Assembly (NCBI GenBank): GCA_963663165.1
Contig: OY760175.1
Location: 2,912,001-2,976,000, forward strand
Source: an uncultured Desulfospira sp.
Lineage (GTDB): Bacteria > Desulfobacterota > Desulfobacteria > Desulfobacterales > Desulfobacteraceae
Direction: 5' to 3'
Length of the DNA stretch: 64,000 nt
Positions within the stretch are counted from its first letter, which is position 1, and each line of letters starts with the position of its first letter. The notes beneath the pieces are model-generated. The model saw only the letters and a program-made list of their open reading frames with translations, did not search any database and was not told the origin of the DNA. A program made the translations under genes and the position numbers. Of this stretch, positions 19,501-28,955 are shown piece after piece.

Positions 19501-22500
19501 CTAAAAGTGCCATGAGATGTTGACAAACACCTGACGTTCCGGATTGATCCTGGGGTTAAAGGGATCTGTGTCCTGAAATTCAAATGTGTTGTCAAAAATA
19601 TTGGTCCCGACAATGGAGACACTGCCCCCGGACTCCTGAAACCGCCACCCGATCTGGGCATCCACCACCCAGAACTGATCCGATATCCCGTTACCGGTTG
19701 CCCCCCGGTAATCCTGATGAAAGTATGAGGCCTTTAACCGGGCCAGAAACCCTGAGGGATGGAAAAACCCAAACCCCAGGGGGATGCGGTGGGTTTTGAT
19801 ATTGAGATAGGCTTCAGGGTCCGGGACATCGTCATCGGATTTTTGCCGTTCAAAAAAATACTCGGCACTCACCGCGACGGTCTTGCCAATGGGTCGGAAA
19901 ACATAGCACCGATATACGGTTTCTTCCCATTGATACCGGATCACATCGCCAAAGTTGAATTCATCAAACCACAGGTATAGCGGGGTGTCGTTTTCCCGGT
20001 GTAAAATTTCCATGCCGGCATACAGGCGGCCTGAAAACCGATGGTCCACCGCCATGCCGTACAGATTAGACACGGTGCCGGTATTGTCACTGTAAAATTG
20101 GTTAAACCCGGCCACCTGGGTGGGCTCTATGGTCTGGCCCGAGACAAGGGAGCGGACAACGGTTCTCGCCATGGCCCCGCGCACGGTGGTCTGTTCATTG
20201 AGGGTCCAGGTCAGGCCGATTTTAGGGTTGAGTTTATCCTCATCCGCTTCACGGCTGTCTATTGAATCCAGGCTCAGCCCCAGGCGCCAGACCATATTTT
20301 CAGGATACCGGCAGGACAGATACCCATACCCGTTGATATGCTCCGTCTTTGAATCCGATGTTTCCAGGTCACTTGAACGCAAAAGTTCACCCAAAATCTC
20401 ATGGGTGACCCGGGTATCCACACGGCTTTTCTCATCTGAATCCAGATGATAATAACCGACCCCGGAAATAAGGCTTATCCCGTTCTTTTGGAACCGGTGC
20501 TGGACTTCGGCCAGAACGCTGTCCTGGTCCAATGAAGCCTTGCTGTCCATCTCGGATTCAATGCCAAAACCAAACCCGTCCAGCTGGGTCTGGGCCGCAC
20601 TGAAGGTGGTGGTATAATCGGCCCGGTTAAAGACAGCCGACCCTAAAATCCGGGATTCCCGGCTCAGTGTGTGGGATACCCCGAGCCGGATTTTGCGGGT
20701 TGTCTCCTTCTGCCTTAAGGTGTCATGAATCGGGGAGGTTTCAAGCAGCTGCTCCAGAAACCCAAAAGTCCGGTCATCATACCGGCCCTCTAGTTGAAAG
20801 CTTGTTTCCGGGGTCAGGGCCATGTGGAAAAATGCATTGGCCATGTCTTTTTCAAGATCGTTATTTTCCCCGAAACCGTCGGTGCCATAATGATACTGGC
20901 CCAGGCTGTAAGCAATATTGTCCCGCAATCCATAATGAACGATCTCCTCTCCCCGGGTGTTGTTGCTGCCGGCCACACCGTTGACCTGGAAATCCAGCCG
21001 GTTTCGTTCAAACAAAGCGGTGTATTCATTCAAAGAGGCCTTGCTGGGCCATGTCCCGCCAAGGATGCCGGCAGATGTCGCATCTTCCAGCTGGGGCTGG
21101 ACAGGATTGGCCGTCACCGGCGATAGCAGCTGGGCCTGAAGCAGCTCGCTGACCCGGGCAATTTCATGGCGGGGCAGGACATCATAGGAATCGGCCAGAA
21201 ACCGATGGGCCGAATAATTATCCGGATCACTGGCAAGGGATTTATACCCCTCCAGCAGGGCCAGCTGCCCGAATCCCAGTACATCATAGATCCTTGCAAG
21301 GCCGGCACTGCGGGAGGCCAGGTCCTGATCCAGCAGGAACCTGGACCGGTAAACGGCCCGGTTGTCGTTGAGTTCAATGGATTTCTGGAGATCTTCCAAT
21401 GCCGCCACCGGCCGGTTGTCTGCCTGTTTTTGAAGGGCACTGTACAACCAGGGGGTGGGGTCATTGGGATCCAGGCTTTTGGCGGCATTGAATTGTTTTT
21501 CGGCCAGCCCGCCCTGATTTTCTTCATCAAAGGCCTTTCCCAGATAACTGCGAACCAAAGCATTGTCGGGATCAAGGCCCATAGCGGTTTCCATCTGCTG
21601 CCGGCCTTTGGCCAACTGGCCCCGCCGGATCAAGGCAAGCCCGAGCCCCAAACGGGGCAAGGGGTCGGTCTGGTCCAGGCGGATGGCCGTTTCAAAAGCG
21701 GCCATGGCCTGTTGGATCCTGGCGCCGGTAAGGCGGGTATACCCGAGAACCGTCTGGGTCCGGCTGATGTCAGGATTTAAGGCCACGGCTTTCTGGGCTG
21801 AGCTCCCGGCCGGTTCAATGTCGCCAAACGCCAGTTGAAGCTGGGCTAAACGGGCCCATAAAAGGGCGTTTTCCGGGTCCAGGGCCACGGCTTTTTTCTG
21901 GGATTCCAGGGCCCCTTTCAGGTCAAACACCGCCTGACGGGCACAGGCCTGCGCCGACCAGGCAACGGCCAGGTCCGGATCATGGGAAACCGCGTTTTCT
22001 GAAAGATTCACGGCGGCTTCTTTCCGGTTTTGTGCCGTGGCGATAATGGACAGCAGGGACAAGGCCAGGGCCGGGGCACTTGGCCTCAGGCGTTCAATAT
22101 CCGCTTTGGCCTTTTCCACACGGCCGGCAAACAGGAACAGTTCGGCCCGGTAGGCATAAAAGAGCGCTGAGCGCTGATGCATGGAAATCCGTTCAAGGAC
22201 CTCAACGGCCTCCACCAGCCGTCCGACCCGGCGAAAGGCCATGGACTGCTGAATAATTTCCCGGGCAGGCAAGGAAAATTCGCCAAGGCGAAAATCGGAC
22301 AGCGAAGGATAGTAAAGCGCCCATTGGACCGCATCCTTGGGTCTGACCATGATCAGCCTTGCCGGGGCCTTTCCTTCCAGGGCCCGGGCGGATTGGCCCG
22401 GTTCAAGGGCCAGCCGCCCCTGGGCATTGGCCACATGGACCCGCCCTGAATAAACCGTGACCCGGGACTGGCCGGGCAGAACCGTGACCAGAAATTGTGT

Positions 22501-22908
22501 GCCGTCAACGGCGGCGGTGGCAAAGGGGGTGTCAATCTTCAAATCCATGGCCTTTTGGCTGAAAAACAGGGCAGCTCCCTGCAAAAGCCTTGTCAGAAAA
22601 GGCCGGTCTTCCTCAATCCCTGGCAGGGAAAGCAGGGCATTCTGGTCCAGTTTAACCGTGGCCCCGTTGTTTAATTTGATGGTGACAGAGCCCAAGGCCC
22701 CGGTCCGGACCATATGGCCGGGACAAAGCATGGTATCCGGCCGGGCAGGATACCATGGGCCATCCGCGTTATCCTTTGTCTCCACCATCCCCTTTATGGC
22801 CAGCACCTGGGAGGGATGGTCACAAGGATACCCTGCCGTTATGCCTGTACATAAGACAACAACAGATATAAACAGGCCAAGCCTGGCTGATCTTTTTTTA
22901 GAAGCCAT
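19501..22908 (-). CDS. Outer-membrane receptor: FecR domain, TPR array, TonB-receptor-like beta-barrel (NsrA-like)
   Basis: Signal peptide, DTPFATAAVDGTQF FecR motif, many TPRs, barrel ending VNISWHF. Confidence 0.88.
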   Translation of the reverse strand: MASKKRSARLGLFISVVVLCTGITAGYPCDHPSQVLAIKGMVETKDNADGPWYPARPDTMLCPGHMVRTGALGSVTIKLNNGATVKLDQNALLSLPGIEEDRPFLTRLLQGAALFFSQKAMDLKIDTPFATAAVDGTQFLVTVLPGQSRVTVYSGRVHVANAQGRLALEPGQSARALEGKAPARLIMVRPKDAVQWALYYPSLSDFRLGEFSLPAREIIQQSMAFRRVGRLVEAVEVLERISMHQRSALFYAYRAELFLFAGRVEKAKADIERLRPSAPALALSLLSIIATAQNRKEAAVNLSENAVSHDPDLAVAWSAQACARQAVFDLKGALESQKKAVALDPENALLWARLAQLQLAFGDIEPAGSSAQKAVALNPDISRTQTVLGYTRLTGARIQQAMAAFETAIRLDQTDPLPRLGLGLALIRRGQLAKGRQQMETAMGLDPDNALVRSYLGKAFDEENQGGLAEKQFNAAKSLDPNDPTPWLYSALQKQADNRPVAALEDLQKSIELNDNRAVYRSRFLLDQDLASRSAGLARIYDVLGFGQLALLEGYKSLASDPDNYSAHRFLADSYDVLPRHEIARVSELLQAQLLSPVTANPVQPQLEDATSAGILGGTWPSKASLNEYTALFERNRLDFQVNGVAGSNNTRGEEIVHYGLRDNIAYSLGQYHYGTDGFGENNDLEKDMANAFFHMALTPETSFQLEGRYDDRTFGFLEQLLETSPIHDTLRQKETTRKIRLGVSHTLSRESRILGSAVFNRADYTTTFSAAQTQLDGFGFGIESEMDSKASLDQDSVLAEVQHRFQKNGISLISGVGYYHLDSDEKSRVDTRVTHEILGELLRSSDLETSDSKTEHINGYGYLSCRYPENMVWRLGLSLDSIDSREADEDKLNPKIGLTWTLNEQTTVRGAMARTVVRSLVSGQTIEPTQVAGFNQFYSDNTGTVSNLYGMAVDHRFSGRLYAGMEILHRENDTPLYLWFDEFNFGDVIRYQWEETVYRCYVFRPIGKTVAVSAEYFFERQKSDDDVPDPEAYLNIKTHRIPLGFGFFHPSGFLARLKASYFHQDYRGATGNGISDQFWVVDAQIGWRFQESGGSVSIVGTNIFDNTFEFQDTDPFNPRINPERQVFVNISWHF

Positions 22909-23048
22909 ACTGTCCCTTCTTTTTTAAAATGTCAGAATGATGTCAGAGATGGTTGCCAGTCAGAATGATACCGGGCTGTTTTCAGATTGTTGCGTTCAAG
23001 GATAGGGGTCATTGTATGAGAAATGACACGGTCTTGCAACCTAAAATA

Positions 23049-23078
23049 CGTAGGGGCGATTCATGAATCGCCCCTACG
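23049..23078. repeat. GTAG-type REP palindrome
   Basis: Perfect palindrome CGTAGGGGCGATTCATGAATCGCCCCTACG. Confidence 0.85.
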
Positions 23079-23122
23079 CCCCTGCAAACCCGGTCTCGCT
23101 TCTTCCCGTCTCCGGTTGCCGC

Positions 23123-25354
23123 TCATTTTCCCACCGCAATCCGCCCGTCCCATTCCCTGTCCGGCGCTGTTTTTTTATAGGCCTCACACAGCCCGAGATA
23201 GAACAGGGACGGGCCGTCATTCTCCCGGCAGGCCATGCATTCCGTGAACCCGTGTGCGGCCTTGTCAAAGTCGCCTTGTTTGAAAAGATCAAGGGCCTTT
23301 TCGAACATACCGCAAAGGGTTTCGTCCTGTGGGGTTGACTCGCCGGTACGGCCAATTAACTCGTAGACGGGAAGGGGCGCGGATTTTCCGGCCAGAACAA
23401 AATCCCCCAGTTTACGGCTTAAGATCCCGTCCACCCCGGACAGGACGTCCCCTGAAACCAGAACCCAGGTCCCCAGTTTCTTGTTCAGGCTTTCCAGGCG
23501 GGAGGCCGTGTTAACGGCATCTCCCATGGGGGTATAATCATAATGGTCGATGCTGCCGATATTTCCGTAAAAGAACTGGCCGGAATGAATCCCGATGCGC
23601 GTGGGCAGAACCGGGGCATTGGGCTGCAAATGGTGCTGTTCAACCGCACTGATAATGTCCAGGGCCGCAAGGCAGGCCTTTTTGCACAGGTTTTGATCAG
23701 GGGACAGGCCGACCCACAGCACCAGCATCCCGTCACCGACAATTTTGGACAAAATACCGCCGTGCCGGGCAATGGGTTTGGAAATTTCACCATAGTATTG
23801 GTTCATCAGCCGTCCCAGCTCCATGGGAGATACGGTTTCCGAAAGGGCTGTAAAGTGCTTTGCATCGGTGAACATGCAAGCCCCATGGACCATCTGGCTG
23901 CTATTCCGGATATCGGATACATTTTCCACCAGTTGATCCACCAGATGATCCGGGACATAATAGCCAAACACCTGGCGGATTCTGGCCCGCTCTTTTTTAA
24001 TCTGCCGGTTCTTCCATAAAACCGATAGAAAGAATGCTGCAGGCGCCTGTATGATAATGGGAATCACCAATGGATACCAGGCCCCTGAACGGCTGAATGC
24101 AAAAAAGGAGACGGTCAGCCAGGCGCCGCTTAAACCGGATACGGCCAAGGCTGAGACACGGGAGGAAGGAAACCAGCAGATCAGGCCCAGCAAGATCCCC
24201 CAGGCCAGAACAAACCACTGGTGATGCCCCATGGACAGACGTTGGATCTGGCAGTCCTCCCAAAAATTTGAAAAGGCCGTGGCCAGTATTTCAACCCCGT
24301 TTAAATCAACCCCGTCAGACCGGGAAAACACCGTGGGAAAACTGTCTTTCTGCTTGGCGGAAATAAGCTCGGAAAGGCCGACAAACACCACCGTTCCCGG
24401 CGGTATGTCCCTATCCATTGCCTCAACGCAGGACAGGGTGGCAAATGAGCCCGACGGTCCGTAAAAATTCAGGTACCGGGTGTTGCCCTGATATAATTTA
24501 ACAAGGGTTTTAAGGACCTTTCTTTTTCGGGGGTCCGCCTTGTCCGGCGGCTGCTTTTCCAGGTCCTCCAAAAGGAGTTGAAATTGATCCGGATGGGTGT
24601 CAAATAAATTTTTTACCCCGCGTATCCGGGTTTCGATCCGGTCAGAGGGCATATGGCCGGCATGGGTGTGAAGCAGCTTTTCTACGGCATCCGGGTCAAT
24701 TTTTCCCAACAGGCGATAAAAATCGCCATGATCCTGCCGGGATAAAAAATGAACCAGGATTACCGGCAGGGTGGGCCTGCCGTCAAGATCGGGTTTAAAG
24801 GTCCAGTACCGGCTGACCTGGCGCGGTGTCTTGGGCAGGGCAAACGGAGCACATGCCGCGGCATTTTGCCTGAGAACGGGAATCACGGGAAAAAACTTCC
24901 GGGCGGACAGCCCGGTTATCCGGCCGGACTGGTCCCTGAGACGAATCATTTCAAAGTCTTCATGCAGCAGAACGTTTCCGGCCTTTTGAATGGATTGGGC
25001 CAGGATGAGATCTTCTTGTTTTCGGCCCTCATGCTTAAAACTGACATCAAAGCATATGGCCGCTGCCCCATTACCGGACAAATGGTCAATCAGTCCGGCC
25101 AGAAAGGCCCTGGGCCATTCCGGGGTTTCAGACAAAGAATCCCCGCCCATGCGCTTGTCAAGGCTTACAATCAGGACGTTGGAAGGCGGCGGAACCGGCC
25201 CCCTTAGTTTGAACAGGAGGCCAAGGCCGTATCTTTCCTCTAATCCAAGCCCTCCTAAAGGGCCGGCGAAGAGCCCTAAAACGGCGGTAAACGCGCCCAG
25301 CAAGACGATGCGGGTAAGGTGCCGGCCCATGGAATTTCCCAAGATGCTCCCCAC
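23123..25354 (-). CDS. CHASE2-domain class III adenylate cyclase
   Basis: WPRAFLA/FDVSF/NGVEILA CHASE2 motifs, 3 TM, MFTD, KIVGDG, DYTPMGDAVNTASRLE (K/D pair indicates ATP specificity). Confidence 0.93.
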   Translation of the reverse strand: MGSILGNSMGRHLTRIVLLGAFTAVLGLFAGPLGGLGLEERYGLGLLFKLRGPVPPPSNVLIVSLDKRMGGDSLSETPEWPRAFLAGLIDHLSGNGAAAICFDVSFKHEGRKQEDLILAQSIQKAGNVLLHEDFEMIRLRDQSGRITGLSARKFFPVIPVLRQNAAACAPFALPKTPRQVSRYWTFKPDLDGRPTLPVILVHFLSRQDHGDFYRLLGKIDPDAVEKLLHTHAGHMPSDRIETRIRGVKNLFDTHPDQFQLLLEDLEKQPPDKADPRKRKVLKTLVKLYQGNTRYLNFYGPSGSFATLSCVEAMDRDIPPGTVVFVGLSELISAKQKDSFPTVFSRSDGVDLNGVEILATAFSNFWEDCQIQRLSMGHHQWFVLAWGILLGLICWFPSSRVSALAVSGLSGAWLTVSFFAFSRSGAWYPLVIPIIIQAPAAFFLSVLWKNRQIKKERARIRQVFGYYVPDHLVDQLVENVSDIRNSSQMVHGACMFTDAKHFTALSETVSPMELGRLMNQYYGEISKPIARHGGILSKIVGDGMLVLWVGLSPDQNLCKKACLAALDIISAVEQHHLQPNAPVLPTRIGIHSGQFFYGNIGSIDHYDYTPMGDAVNTASRLESLNKKLGTWVLVSGDVLSGVDGILSRKLGDFVLAGKSAPLPVYELIGRTGESTPQDETLCGMFEKALDLFKQGDFDKAAHGFTECMACRENDGPSLFYLGLCEAYKKTAPDREWDGRIAVGK

Positions 25355-25378
25355 TTGTTTTTAACGGTTGAACAACGG

Positions 25379-26416
25379 TTATTGGCCCAGGTAGGTTTTG
25401 GGGTTCTCGTTGGCTATTTTCCAGAATAAATCTTCGCCCAGGGCATACCGCAGATCTATGGACAGCCGTTTCTCCGAGTATTGTTCACACTCAGCCATAT
25501 AAAAATCAGACCCGAACAAAACCTTATCCAGCACATCGTTATTCTGGAGCAGCATTTTTAATAATGGAACATTCTCAGTCAGGTTAAACACTGTATAGGA
25601 GATATCTGTATACAAATTCGGATATGCGCGGCTTTTGATCATTTCCAGTATTTTCTGAAGCCAGGTTGATGCCGCCTGGTTCCGGGGAAAATCCAGATGC
25701 TTTTGCCATTCGCCGCTGCCGCCGAAATGGGCCAGGCAGATTCGAAGTTCAGGGTATGCCTTCATCACGGTTTGGTACCGGTCCGGATCTGCCAGGGCAT
25801 GGGCCGCCTGGGGGCTCAGCGCTTTGGAGGTCGCTGTCCCGGGAGAGCAGTGGGATAAAAGGGGGATATCCTTTTCTGCCATATAGGGGTATATCCGGTT
25901 CATCAAGACCTCATGGTCCGGGCTGTAGCCAAGGGGCGGGTAGATTTTAACCCCTTTGAACCCGTGATCCTCGACCAGGGTGCGCAGCCGGTCAAGGGCA
26001 TTGTTCCGTCTGGGTTCGATATGGGCAAAGGGAATCAGGATATCCTTGTAATCTTCCTTCTTTGAAAGCCTTGCCAGTTCGGCATGCTGCCCGTCAATGT
26101 CCTCAACAACGCTGCCCGCCCCCATAAAGGCCATATCCATGGGAAGGATAACAAATCTGGTTCCTGTAGGATAATATCCCATTAACTGCTTTAAATTCCC
26201 TTCCTGGGTTTCCCTGTATGCGGATTTCAAGAATGCCGCGTACCGGTTGATTTTATCGTTTTTTGTCCAGGGGACGATCCCTTTCATGATGCCGCTTAGA
26301 CCGGCCCGCAAATATTGATTTCGTATGGCGGCAACCAGACGGAACGGAAAGTAGCCGTCCGGAAGGTTTTCATGGGTAAAAATATGCGCATGGCAATTGT
26401 AAATCACACGATCCAT
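25379..26416 (-). CDS. Amidohydrolase family 2 metal-dependent hydrolase
   Basis: HAH, GVKIYP, LAHFG, YTDIS, LFGSDF. Confidence 0.9.
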   Translation of the reverse strand: MDRVIYNCHAHIFTHENLPDGYFPFRLVAAIRNQYLRAGLSGIMKGIVPWTKNDKINRYAAFLKSAYRETQEGNLKQLMGYYPTGTRFVILPMDMAFMGAGSVVEDIDGQHAELARLSKKEDYKDILIPFAHIEPRRNNALDRLRTLVEDHGFKGVKIYPPLGYSPDHEVLMNRIYPYMAEKDIPLLSHCSPGTATSKALSPQAAHALADPDRYQTVMKAYPELRICLAHFGGSGEWQKHLDFPRNQAASTWLQKILEMIKSRAYPNLYTDISYTVFNLTENVPLLKMLLQNNDVLDKVLFGSDFYMAECEQYSEKRLSIDLRYALGEDLFWKIANENPKTYLGQ

Positions 26417-26487
26417 TAAAGCCTCCTTTAGCGGGTTTGCGGCGTGAATATTTTTTTGGCGTTTTACCGTGGCCGTCTAATTTTTTT

Positions 26488-26639
26488 GTAACTATTCAGC
26501 TAATGCTGAAAACTAAACAAAACCAGGGGCCGTAACTGCTCATCAGTGCTTCATATTTGTTTAGTCAGGACTTCGTAGCATACTTTTGCTATGTGAGAAG
26601 GCCTGAATGAGCGAAGATGGGGCACTGCTGAACAGTTAC
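26488..26639. mobile_element. MITE family C (152 bp) with 8-bp target-site duplication
   Basis: TIRs GTAACTATTCAGC / GCTGAACAGTTAC; ATTTTTTT on both flanks; second copy at 33105. Confidence 0.9.
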
Positions 26640-26750
26640 ATTTTTTTTAAGAACGGGGAACCCAGCCGGCCGGGATATGTAAGGCAATCAGAGGTTGCAA
26701 TAATTTTTGTTTAACACACCTGCCATGTTAGGGACAAGCGGAATTTCCGC

Positions 26751-26868
26751 CTCCGGTCTCCGGTTTCCAGTTTCCGACCTCCTGTTTCCTGTTTCTTGCT
26801 TCCTGCTTCCTGTTTCTTGTTTCTTGTTCCCTGTTTCTTGTTTCCTGTTTCTTGTTTCTTGTTTCTTG
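26751..26868. repeat. 7-bp tandem repeat array (TTTCTTG/TTTCCTG)
   Basis: About 16 degenerate heptamers. Confidence 0.9.
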
Positions 26869-26939
26869 CCACTTGTTGACATTCCCCCAAGCTTTGGCTA
26901 TGGTACCCCGGGCCTGAAAATGTCAGGTCAAATTTGTTT

Positions 26940-27090
26940 TTGTTCTCAGGGCGGGGTGAAATTCCCCACCGGCGGTATCCCGGAGCAATTCTTCCGGGGA
27001 GCCCGCGAGCGCTTTGCAGCCATCTGCGAAGGCCAGCAGACCCGGTGAGACGCCGGGGCCGACGGTTACAGTCCGGATGAAAGAGAATAA
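26940..27090 (+). ncRNA. FMN riboswitch (RFN element)
   Basis: CTCAGGGCGGGGTGAAATTCCCCACCGGCGGTA...AGCCCGCGAGC...GCAGACCCGGTGAGACGCCGGGGCCGACGGTTACAGTCCGGATGAAAGAG, directly upstream of ribB. Confidence 0.97.
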
Positions 27091-27210
27091 TTACGGTACG
27101 CATTCTAACCAAAGCCGTCGGCCGTTAACAGCCGGTGTACGGTTTTGGGTTTTCCGTTTTTTATTCCCCCTGATTCATGACGGTTATGATTACTTTTAAG
27201 GAGATGTATC

Positions 27211-27867
27211 ATGAATCAGAGTCTGTTAACTCGATTTGGAAATTCTGAACAACGGGTGGAAAACGCGCTCAAATCCCTCCGGCAGGGCAATGGCGTCCTG
27301 GTGACTGATGATGAAGACCGGGAAAATGAAGGGGACCTTATCTTTAGTGCCCAGTCCCTTACCGCCGGCCAGATGGCCATGATGATCAGAGAATGCAGCG
27401 GCATTGTCTGCCTGTGCCTGACCCCCGGAAAAGTTGAATCCCTCAAGCTCCCCATGATGGTGGAAAACAACCAGAGCCGGTACCAGACCGCTTTTACCGT
27501 TTCCATAGAAGCGGCCCAGGGGGTAACCACGGGGGTATCGGCCAAAGACCGGGTCCGGACCGTTCAGGCTGCGGCAGCCGCCGATGCCAAACCCGAAGAT
27601 CTCAACAGTCCGGGCCATGTATTCCCCTTGCGGGCCAGACCCGGCGGGGTTCTTGAACGGGGCGGCCATACCGAGGCCACGGTGGATCTCATGCAGCTGG
27701 CAGGGCTTGACCCTGTCGGGGTCCTGTGCGAACTGACCAACCCCGACGGCACCATGGCACGGCTTGCACAAGTTGTGGCCTTTGCCGAAAAAAACGACTT
27801 CCCTGTGCTGACCATTGAAGACCTGGTCCTTTACCGGAAAAAAATGGACTTTCAAAAAGCCGGATAA
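27211..27867 (+). CDS. ribB: 3,4-dihydroxy-2-butanone-4-phosphate synthase
   Basis: [31 protein letters not shown]. Confidence 0.97.
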   Translation: MNQSLLTRFGNSEQRVENALKSLRQGNGVLVTDDEDRENEGDLIFSAQSLTAGQMAMMIRECSGIVCLCLTPGKVESLKLPMMVENNQSRYQTAFTVSIEAAQGVTTGVSAKDRVRTVQAAAAADAKPEDLNSPGHVFPLRARPGGVLERGGHTEATVDLMQLAGLDPVGVLCELTNPDGTMARLAQVVAFAEKNDFPVLTIEDLVLYRKKMDFQKAG

Positions 27868-27902
27868 ACCGTAAAACCGTTAAAACGAAGAAGGAAGACA
27901 CC

Positions 27903-28358
27903 ATGACGGATTTAATTGAAAAGTTCAACCTGACCCCCCATCCTGAAGGCGGCTATTACCGGGAAATTCACCGGTCCGGCCTGATGGTGGCATCCGGCCC
28001 GGCAAATGCCCGTCGAAACGCCCTGACCCATATTTACTTTCTGCTCACCCAGGACGATATCAGCCGGTTCCACAAGGTCATCCACGATGAGGTCTGGAAC
28101 TTTTACCAGGGAGATCCCGTCAACCTCCTTCTTTATACCCAGGGCCGGATAACGGAAACTCTGCTGGGGCCGGACTGTCCGGCCCTGGTGGTCCCGGCCG
28201 GCACCTGGCAGGCAGCCGCCCCCACCGGAGCATACGGGCTGGTGGGCTGTTCCGTGGCCCCGGGGTTTGATTTTGCCGATTTTTCCTTTCTGTCGGATAC
28301 CCCCAAAGACCTGGCAGAATTCACCGCTGCCAGCGAAAAATATAAAAAATACCTTTAA
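27903..28358 (+). CDS. Cupin domain protein (DUF985/cupin_5)
   Basis: PHPEGGYYRE, SRFHKV, VAPGFDFADF. Confidence 0.92.
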   Translation: MTDLIEKFNLTPHPEGGYYREIHRSGLMVASGPANARRNALTHIYFLLTQDDISRFHKVIHDEVWNFYQGDPVNLLLYTQGRITETLLGPDCPALVVPAGTWQAAAPTGAYGLVGCSVAPGFDFADFSFLSDTPKDLAEFTAASEKYKKYL

Positions 28359-28520
28359 AACCGCTCCAAAATCCTTATTATTTTTCTTTAACGGCCAAAG
28401 GCCGGGCTTAGATATTTATCCAGGCCCGCGCAGAACCAAACATAAAAATCGATGAAGACTGCTGAACGGGCCATTTTCATCCTTCAGCCTTCATCCTTTC
28501 AAAAGGGGGGGGAGATAATA

Positions 28521-28871
28521 ATGAAAGCAGTAAACTATAAGGATATCCCGGCCACGGTGATTGAAAATAAAGGCGTGAAAAATGTCTCCGGAAGGGTGTT
28601 GATCGGCAAGGCCGATGGCGCCCCCAATTTTTGCATGAGAATGTTTGAAGTGGGGAAAGACGGCTTTGCCCCCCGGCACAGCCATGAGTGGGAACATGAG
28701 ATCTTTGTCCTTGAGGGTGACGGTGAAGTCCTGATCGGCGATACCTGGCATCCCCTTTCCCAGGGGTCGGTGGTATTTGTCCCGGGGAATCTGGAACACC
28801 AGCTCAAAAACACGGGGGATGGCACCTTCAGATTCATCTGCCTGGTACCGCCCCAGGCCCCGGAAATGTAA
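28521..28871 (+). CDS. Cupin domain protein
   Basis: HSHEWEHE and H-x-x-x-N cupin motifs; GGAG RBS before 28521. Confidence 0.9.
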   Translation: MKAVNYKDIPATVIENKGVKNVSGRVLIGKADGAPNFCMRMFEVGKDGFAPRHSHEWEHEIFVLEGDGEVLIGDTWHPLSQGSVVFVPGNLEHQLKNTGDGTFRFICLVPPQAPEM

Positions 28872-28955
28872 AGACAGGGGCTTAGGCTGAAACATCCCGT
28901 TCCTTATTGCCCTTCAGCCTTCAGCCTATCCACCTAATTTAAAAAAGGAACACTC

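Noticed and set aside
26688..27112. ORFs with KQETGN repeats
   Set aside because: Products of the heptamer tandem array and the riboswitch antisense strand
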